Origin: the human T2T-CHM13v2.0 reference genome, Homo sapiens | Length of the DNA: 64,000 nt | NCBI RefSeq assembly: GCF_009914755.1 | Contig: NC_060932.1 | Reading direction: 5' to 3' (one strand) | In this document: piece after piece, positions 54,253 to 64,000 of the stretch | Layout: every line of letters begins with the position of its first letter | Numbering within the stretch: the stretch's first letter is position 1 | Position numbers and translations under genes: made by a program | The notes under the pieces: model-generated | What the model was told of the DNA's origin: nothing | What the model saw: only the letters and a program-made list of their open reading frames with translations | Database searches by the model: none

Positions 54253-55560
54253 CTGTTTGGCACTTTATGTCAACAATAAACACATTAAAATTAATTTTAA
54301 ACATCGGGCATTCCTTACATTCACAATGAAATGGAAATATGTTTACTGTCAACATCAAATTTACCTATTTAAAAGTGCTTCTTTTTCATAAACATGGTTA
54401 GTACGATAACAGTTTGACCAACCTACTTACTTGACCTTATAATTTGTCATAAACTAGTGCTAAACGCACGAGTTATAGTAGGATTTTCTACATGAGTAAT
54501 GATGTTGCTGCAAATAGTTTTATTTCTTTCTTTTCAATCTGTACGCCATTTTCTTCTTTTTGCCTTCTTATACTAGCTAAATTTCCAGTATGATATTGAA
54601 TTAAAGTGGTGATAATGGATACCTTTACTTGTTGTCTATGTTAGGAAGAACGTATTTAGACTTTCAACCATTAAGTCTGATGTTAAATACAGTTTTCATA
54701 ACGCCCTTTCTTCAGGTTGATTATATCTCCTATTTCTAGTTTCTGGAGAGTTTGTATTCTTAACCGATGTTAACTTTTTTCAAATGCTTCTCCTGTATGT
54801 TGAGATGATCATGTGTTTGACTTTTTTTGTTTGTTTGTTGATTTGTGGAAGTAGATTGATTTGTAAATGTTGAACCACTTTATATTCCAGTCATGCAATC
54901 AACAGGGTCATGATATATTGCCATTTTTACATACTATCAAGATCAATTTCATTATGCTGTGTTAAGGCTGTTTGTGTCTACTTTATGAGGGATATTGGCT
55001 TGCAGTTTTCTTGCAATGTTTTGGTCTAGTTTTGGTTTACAGAATCTGCAAAAAAAAAACCTATAACTGGTGGGTTTAGCACTGGTTTATCATAAAATAT
55101 AAAGTTGGATAAGCAGATTGGCCAAACTGTTAATATCGTTACCATGTAAATCACCTCACTGGCTTTATTGAAACATGTACTTTCATTCACTGTAAAGTTT
55201 GTATAGAATGGAAATTACTATTTCCTTAAAAGTGTCATAAAATTCAACAATGAGTCCATGTAGGCTGGAAGTGGTTTTTTGTTTCTTTCTTTAGTGAGAA
55301 GGCATCTTTAAATGCAATCCATTTAGTAGACAGGACTTATTAAATTATCTACACCTCTTAAGTTTGGTAGATGTGTATTTCAAGGAATTTGTCCAATTCA
55401 TCCAAATTCTCGAATTTATTGGCATATTTTATAATCTGACCTTAACATCTTATAATGTATGTAGGATATATTACGGCTTCCCCTGTATCATTGCTGATAT
55501 TAATAATTTGTGTCTTCTCTTCTTTTCCTTGATCAAACTAGAGGTTTATAATTTTATTTT

Positions 55561-56172
55561 TTATTACATTTTTAAATTTTGTGGGTACATAGTAGGTGTA
55601 TATATTTATGGGGTACATGAAATATTTTGGTAAAGGCATGTAATGCATAATAATCATATCATGGAAAATTGGGTATGCTTCCCCTCAAGCATTTATCATT
55701 TGTGTTAAAACAATCCAATTATACTTTTTTAATTATTTGAAAATGTACAATTATATTATTATCGACTATAGTCCCCCTGTTGTGCTATCAAATACTAGGT
55801 CTTATTCATTCTTTCTATTTTTTTCTTTTTTTCTTTGGTGTCCATTAACCATCCCTACCTCTCCCCATGCCCTCTGCTCCCACTACACTTAGCACCCTTT
55901 GGTAACCATCCTTCTGTACTCAAGCTCCATGAAGTCAATTGTTTTGATGTTTAGTTCCCACAAATAACTGTTTGTTTGTGCCTAGCTTATTTTACTTAAA
56001 ATGATGACCTCCAGTTTCATCCATGTTGTTGCAAATGACAGAATCTCATTTTTTTTTGTATGGCTAAATAGTACTCCATTGTGCATATGTAACATATTTT
56101 CTTTATCTATTCATCTGCTGATGGACACTTAGATTGCTTCCAAATCTTGACTATTGGGAAGAGTGTTGCAAG
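55561..56172 (-). mobile_element. L1MA2-like 3' end nested in older L1
   Basis: 'gggtacatagtaggtgtatatatttatggggtacatga'; perfect TSD tataattttatttt (55547-60, 56173-86). Confidence 0.88.
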
Positions 56173-56610
56173 TATAATTTTATTTTCTATCTTTTCAGAC
56201 AACTTGCTTTTGGTGTCAGTTCTTTTCTCTATTTCTTTTTCCAGTCTCAATTTCTTTGATATCTGCTCTTATATTTGCTTTTATTCTTTCTGTTTACTTT
56301 GGGTGTAATTTGTTCTTCCCTTTCTAGTTTCTTGAGGAAACTTAGATAATTGTTTTGAAATTATGTTTTTCCCCTAATATAAGCATTACTGCAATAAATT
56401 TCCTTCTAAGCACTACTTTAGCTGCATCTCAGAAGTTTTAATATGGTATATTTTAATTTTTTTTATTTAAATTAGTTTCTAATTTCCTTTGTGGTTTATT
56501 TTTATATCCACTAGTGTGTGCTATTGTTTAATTTGCAAATATTTGGAGATTTACTAGTAACTTTTTAAAATTAATTTTTAGCTTCTGTTTTTTTCAGTGA
56601 AAATAGTTCT

Positions 56611-56650
<40 letters not shown>
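56611..56650. repeat. (TG)4(TA)n microsatellite followed by a TA-rich region
   Basis: Direct reading. Confidence 0.9.
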
Positions 56651-56653
<3 letters not shown>

Positions 56654-57406
56654 TGTACTATATATACACATGCAGAAGTCTTATAAGTAATTCATACCAT
56701 ATATTTACTGTATCATTACATTATACTATATATTATATATATACTCTTTACAGTAGATATTTTGTATATATTATATATATAAAATCTTTAAGTATGTTGA
56801 GACGCATAGCTCAGAATATGGTCTATCTTGACAAGCACTCCATTTACCCTTGAAAAGAATGTGCAATTTACAGTTGCTCGAATGTTCTGAGTATGGTTGA
56901 TAGGTCCTCTGTATTCTTATTTTCTTCATTAATTATAGAGCAATCAGTGTTGAAGTCTGTAACTATAAAAGTAGATTTGTCCATTTGCCTAGTTTTCTTT
57001 CAGTTCCATCAATTTTTTGCAATGTATTTTGAAGTGTTGTTAGCTGCATACACATTTAGAATTGTTATTTTTCTTGAATCACTATCTTTGTTATCATTAT
57101 GAATCATCTGTCTTTATCTCTGGTAATATTCCTTACTATAAATTTTACTTTGATAATATAACTACTCCAACCTTCTTTGACTAGTGTTGCCTGGTATACC
57201 TTTTTAAATCCTGTTGTCTTTAACTTCTCTATATCTTAATATAATATGGGTTTTTAGTAGACAGCACATAGTTCAGTGTTACTTTCGAATGCAGTCTGAA
57301 TCTGACATTGACTTTTAACTGGATGTTTTGAATCATGTACATTTAATGCTATATAATTACTGATACAGTTGGATATAAACCTTCTATCTTGCTGTAGTTT
57401 TTCTAA

Positions 57407-57801
<395 letters not shown>

Positions 57802-59135
57802 TGTGTTACCTTTTCTTTCTTTTTGTTTTTCTTTTCTTGTTTTGCACTGGGTGTTTGTTAATGGGTTTATTTAATATCCATCATGGGCTTATTTAGATAT
57901 ATATTTTTAAATTGTTTTAGTGGTCAATTTAAGGCTTACAATATATATGTTGAATTTATCATAGCCTACTTTCCAACAGACTTATAGTATAAAACTTTAC
58001 AATATTATACTTTCAATTTTCTCCTGCTCATTTTTGTGCTATTACTATTATACATAAAAATATACAATATGTTAAAACATCAAAATACATCATTGCTTTT
58101 TTGTTTTAGAAAGTGACATATTTTTTAAAGCTATTAAAAATAGAAAAAAGTTTACTTTCCCATTTACCTAGTTTTTACTATTTCTGCCTTCTTCATTTCT
58201 TTGTATATATTTATATTTCCATCTAATGTCATTCTTTCTGTCTAAAATGGTTATGTCTTTTCTTATGTTCTCCCTGGCAGATATTTTTTGCCTTTATCTC
58301 TTCAGTTGAACAGTGTTGAGCACATAACAGATTTAAATTTTAAAAGAGACATATTTTAAAATATACTACTTTAAAAAAATCTATAAAACTGGTAAGTTTT
58401 TCTAATTCAGACCTGAGTCAAGTCCAGCCCTCAATATTATAAATAAATTTTAAACAGTATTATAAAAACTGCAACAAATGATATGCTAAAAAGAAGTCTA
58501 GTTTATAACAGTATAGAAAATGATGACAAAATATGAATCTTTGACCACATAAATATTTTCTTGTGACATGACTAGTAATGTTTAGTGACTTAATTAGGAT
58601 CAGCCCTATTACACAACATGGAAAAACATCTCAGTCTCTCAAGACAATTAAACTAGGGATGATACTGCAATTTTGATATTAAACCACAGTTGTCAGCATT
58701 GTATCAGCTTGACCTGGCTGTGTGTACACGCCTCTTAGGAGAGCATTTTTGTACATGTTTTTCTGTAGCTATTCTTCATATCAAAGTGAGATCAAATGGA
58801 GAGTTTGGATGCATACCACACAGTGGTTTGTGAAGTCCATTTGGCCTACATTCTAACAACCCAAGCACTTCAGGGAAAATTCCAAGTCAGCTTATGATCA
58901 CCACCTGCCAGGAATCTAGCCCAGCTGTGACAGAGCTGCAGAGTCTGGCTGTGAGCCACGAAAATACAGAAAAAGGGTAAAAAAGGATTTTCAGACTTGT
59001 TTTATTGCCCTTCAGGACAATATAGATGGAAAGAATATAAAGAAAATTTGAAGATTAGGGAAAAATGAGAGTTCAGGAATATATATATATATATATATAA
59101 CTAATTTTGATAACTTTCTATTTAAGAATGGTATG

Positions 59136-59463
<328 letters not shown>

Positions 59464-61654
59464 TTAAGAAGCTGTGCTTCCAGAAAATACATAATTTACC
59501 TGATTATGCTGGCGAATAAAATGGAGAATGTATGTGGTAATTTGGTTAAAATCTTCAGAAAAATTCACAATGGATATAACAAGGGAAAGAAACTGGGGCA
59601 TTTTCTTTCCTGCCACAAGGTTCTCAGCATTACATCAAAAGACAGAAAAGTCGTTCCCCAAAAAAGACCTTGCAAAACCCTAGGTAAGATGGTACATTAA
59701 ATATTCTAAGTAATTCAGATCATATCTTCTTTCCTATGGGCTACACATGTATTTCATAGCACATTTTGCTTTTTTTCAGTGTACTATAAATTTCTCATTT
59801 CACATCACAGATTTCTTGAGGACTGAAATAATGTTTGGTCCACATCAGTATCCTCGCACATCCTACCTACCTGCCAAGCACAATTCTTGATCTTTTGTAA
59901 TATGCTCTCCAAATTATTTATTGCATTGTATTGTTCAATTCTGCTGTACTACAGTCCATCTACAATGCCACTAGCAACATTTACAAACTAGTATGGTCAA
60001 AATCATCTATGAGGTTTAGAGAAAAATGCTAAGTATTGGTTGGCTAAACATATTAACTAAGTCCACTGTATATAAGACATAGTCTTTGATTCCTAATTTT
60101 AGATTTATACATCATATCATTACAATTAGTAGATGGTTTCTTAAAAGTCTCCTGATACGTACTTTCTGTTAAGCCTGAAAAATGTTGAGACTTAAATAAA
60201 TAGCACTCAAAAAAAATTCACATTACTTCAACTCTCAGAATAATTTTCTCAATTTCTCTTCTGTATTCAATGACCTCACTATCCAAGAGCTGAAGCTGGA
60301 ATTTCACTATCTTTTAAAAATAGTCCCAGTTTATAGGAAATAATGCATAATTTAAATGCATGAAGGTGTATTATACTCGTTGAAAGCTTCTGAAGTTGAA
60401 TATACAAATATTGAAGCATCCTTAAACAATTTGCTTTTACTATGTCAACACTTGTAAATTAAAGTAGAAAAATTTTAAGTGGCCAGCTATCTATATAATT
60501 TAATGATGTTTAAGTGTACTTTTACATGTGGAAAGGTATTCTCTGTCCCATAAAGTCTTTCTCTCATATCAAAGCCTGCTTTTTAAAAAGAATATTTTTT
60601 TTCTCTAAAATTCTCTTTATAAGTCACCATAACTTCAGTTCAGGATCTAGCTTTACGGTTTTGAAAAAGATTGTGACTGGAATTTGCAAGTTCTATTCAT
60701 CTTGAGTGACTTTAATATTTATAGCAAACTACACTTATCTTACAGCGACATAATCTTTTACTGCTGAGACAACTTTACTGTGCACGTCACCCTCACCATC
60801 CCTCAGGAGCAACTAATTAGCAGCTCAGAGGGAAGAGACAATCTACCAAATATAAAAGACTGTTTCAAAGAGGTAATCAGTTCCCAATAGATTCTACATT
60901 GGATAGTAATAAACAAAGATGTGTTTTCCTTTGGACTTAAATAAACTTACCCGGAATTATCCATTTACTTATGTATTATGCAACTTTTACAGTGGACTAA
61001 CCCACATAATCTAAATGCATTTTTTTTAGTGTATCCACCTTATCATTCATTTTGGATTTTCATTGTTTTTCCTCTCTAAGCAAACTGATGCAAAGTCAAA
61101 CTGATAATCATGAAGTGCATTGTGCATAAGAGTTTGCATTCTATTTGGCATAATTTTGTTTGAAGGCTCATCAAAATGGACAATGTCACCAAAACAGCAA
61201 ATTTGCTAGGTGCAGCTGTGCTACATAGCAACACATGACTTGAAATCCTAATGTCTTCTAAACATTCTGAGTGAGATGACATAATCCCAAAAAATACTTT
61301 TTCCCAACAATAATGTGATCTAAAGGCTTAGGTGTTTTTTAAAATATTGAGTTTATTTGGGATATTGTTAATAGCAAAATGCCAATAGGTGCTTTTTAGA
61401 GTTTCTTAAGACACTTTATTAACCTTGTTAGGCTCTAGTAAGCAAAAGACTATGAATAATGCGCTATGTATTTGGGAAACTCTGAAGTAGGAAATAGAAT
61501 TATTCTTTTTACTTTATAGTAAAGGCAAGGATACAATATCGATACATATGTGTCAAAAATTAGATATGTAATGTTACTAAGTAAAATGATATCATTAAGT
61601 TCTTAGTGCATCAGGAGCTCACAGAAGAGAGATTAGCTTCATCATTAACTTTAC

Positions 61655-61852
61655 CAAGTCCTATGATTTGCCTTAGGACTAGCTGACTTTAAAAAAGATG
61701 ATTGCCTGTACCCAACCACTGCTTGATCTTCTTTATATACCGGTGCAGAGTCAGGCAAGCAGCATGGGAAATTCTCTAAATTGCAGTGCTGATCAACACC
61801 TTCAGTATACAAACAGTCCTCTAAGGATATTTCCTCCTGTTCCTTGATGTAA
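61655..61852 (-). other. Candidate 198-nt open-frame exon (speculative)
   Basis: ttcAG acceptor at 61854-53, TTG|GTAAAG donor at 61654; open in phase 2-2 (part of ORF 61651-61878); weak pyrimidine tract. Confidence 0.2.
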
Positions 61853-62188
61853 CTGAATATCATTAGGTATACCATCACTTTTTAAAATATCATAAATTTT
61901 TACAAATATTTTAGAGGTGCCATGGTATAGCCATCAGCCATAACTTTCTAAGCCCCATGCTGAAGGTTTTCTAAAGACCTAATTGGTTTTAATTGTGATT
62001 CTAGAATCAAGCAACACCCCATTCTTTTTTCTAGTCTAATAAATTTTTATTTTTAATATATACCCCTTGATTTTATTTTATCCTACAAGGAAAACACATA
62101 CAATAATTTACAGAAATTTGGTAACAGTCAATCAGCAGGGTAGGCTAATTTGGAACACTATAAACACACACGAAAAAAAATTTTAATT

Positions 62189-62300
62189 GGCTATCATTTC
62201 ACACATCTGTAGTTCTAGCTATTCAGGAGGCTGATGTGGAAGGATTGCTGAAGCCCAAAATTTCAACACCAGTCTGGGCAACATAGCCATATCTAACTGA
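62189..62300 (+). mobile_element. FLAM_A/FAM-type Alu monomer
   Basis: 'ctgtagttctagctattcaggaggctga..ggattgctgaagccca..ctgggcaacatag'; TSD aaaaaattt(t/g)aa. Confidence 0.75.
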
Positions 62301-62374
62301 AAAAATTTGAAGACATTGTTATGTATGTGTATATATTATGTAATTGTGATTCTTTTTAAAAGTTACTTTAATTA

Positions 62375-63819
62375 TATATTTTTTATTAATTGATATGTAA
62401 TAATTCTACATATTTGTGGGGTACAGTGTGATACATTTTGATGCATATATATACTGTGCCATGATCAATTAAAAGTAATTAGCATATCAATCACCTCAAA
62501 CCTTTGTCATTTCTTTCTGTGAGTAACGTTCAAAATACACTAGATGCTCCAGTGTTGGGTGCATATATATATATATATTTACAATTGTTATTCCTCATGA
62601 TGAATTGATCCCTTTGTCATTACATAGTGACCTTTTTTGTCTGTCTTTAGGTTTTTGAATTAAAGTTTATTTTATCTAAGTAGAGCTACTCTTGTTCACT
62701 TACAATTTCCATTTGCATAGAATCCATTTTTCCATTTCATTTTCAGTCTGTGTGTGTCTTTACAGGTAAAGTGGTTTTCTTTCAGACAGCATATATTTCA
62801 GTCCTTTTTTTCCATTCAGTACCATGCTGTTTTGGTTACTGTAGCCCTGCAGTATAGTTTGAAATTGTGCAGTTGTTAGTGTGATGCCTCCAGATTTTTT
62901 TCTTTTTGCTTAGGATTGCTTTGGCTATTCAGACTCTTTCTTGGTTGCACGTGTGTTTTAAAATAGGTTTTTCTAATTCTCTAAAAACTGGCATTGGTAG
63001 TTTGATGAGAACAGGATTGAATTTGTAAATTGCTTTTGGCAGTATGCATTTTAACAATATTGATTCTTCTTATAGAATGTTTTTCAATTTGCTTGTGTCA
63101 TCTCTGATTTCTTTCAGGAGTGTTTCATAATTCTTATTGTAGAAATAGTTCATCTCCCTTGTTAGCTCTATTACTATGTATTTTATTCTTTTTGTGGATC
63201 TTGAGAATGAGATCGCATTCTTGATTTGGCTCTCAGCTTGAACATTACTAGTGTATAAAACTGCTACTGGTTTTCGTACACTGATTTTGTAGTCTGAAAA
63301 TTTACTAAAGTGGTTTACCAGTTCTAGGAGGCTTTGGGAAGATACTATAGATTTTTCTAGGTGTAGAAATATATCATCAGTGAAGAGAGATAGCTTGACT
63401 TCCTTTCTTCCTGTTTGGATGCCTTTTATTTCTTTCTCTTGCCTGATCACTGTGGCTAGGACTTCCAGTATTAGATTCAAGAGGAGTAAGCATCCTTGTC
63501 TTGTCTGATTTTCTTGCATGTGAGTTGACTCTTTTCTTCACCTGTTTTTATAATTAACTTCGTCTTTGACTTTTGACAATTTGACTATAATATGTCTTAA
63601 AGAGGACTTTTTTGAATTGTAAATATGTAGTGACTTTTGAGTTTCTTTGGTCTTGCTGTCTATATCTGTCCCAGGACTTGGTATGTTAGCAGCTGTTATT
63701 TTATTAAATAGTTTTTCTATGCCTTTTTTCCTATCTCTTCTCCTTCTTAAATTCCCATAATACAAATGTTTAGTTGATTAATGATGTCTATATGTCCTGG
63801 AGGCCTTCTTTATTCTTAT

Positions 63820-63861
<42 letters not shown>

Positions 63862-64000
63862 CTGGTTTATTTCAGACCTGTTTTCAGGTTCAGAGATTCT
63901 TTCCTGTACTTGATCTAGTCTGATGTCGAACTTCTTGACTGCATTTTTTACTTCATTCATTTAATTCTTCAGTTCCAAGACTTCTGCTTGGTTCTTTGTT
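62375..64000 (-). mobile_element. Antisense L1 composite (L1MA 3' end, EN fragment, L1PB-like RT fragment 62818-63512, ORF1), runs off the window
   Basis: ORF 63070-63519 TRQGC..LFTDDI RT motif; ORFs 63538-63960 resemble ORF1p. Confidence 0.88.
63822..63860. repeat. (GT)~19 microsatellite
   Basis: Direct reading. Confidence 0.95.

Overview
This is AT-rich, CpG-poor primate (human-like) genomic DNA with no CpG island, prokaryotic genes or CRISPR array, and no gene I can name. Well over half is interspersed repeat: L1s of many ages (several nested or 5'-inverted), Alus and monomers, MaLR/ERVL solo LTRs, MIR/L2 relics, DNA transposons (a near-complete Hsmar1, a Made1, MER63A, MER5, MER6-type, MER94) and microsatellites. 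Nearly all ORF-track entries are L1/Alu/LTR/mariner fragments or chance ORFs. I found no convincing new biological system. The best leads are structural. (1) An Hsmar1 lacks both outer TIR ends and the TA duplication. (2) An exact 200-bp tandem duplication is tied to an Alu monomer insertion. (3) A 16-bp direct repeat flanks an insert made of an internal L1 scrap plus AT filler. (4) A speculative phase-compatible chain of minus-strand exons lies at ~61.7, 39.5 and 9.8 kb. Subfamily calls are from remembered consensus sequences, not a search.
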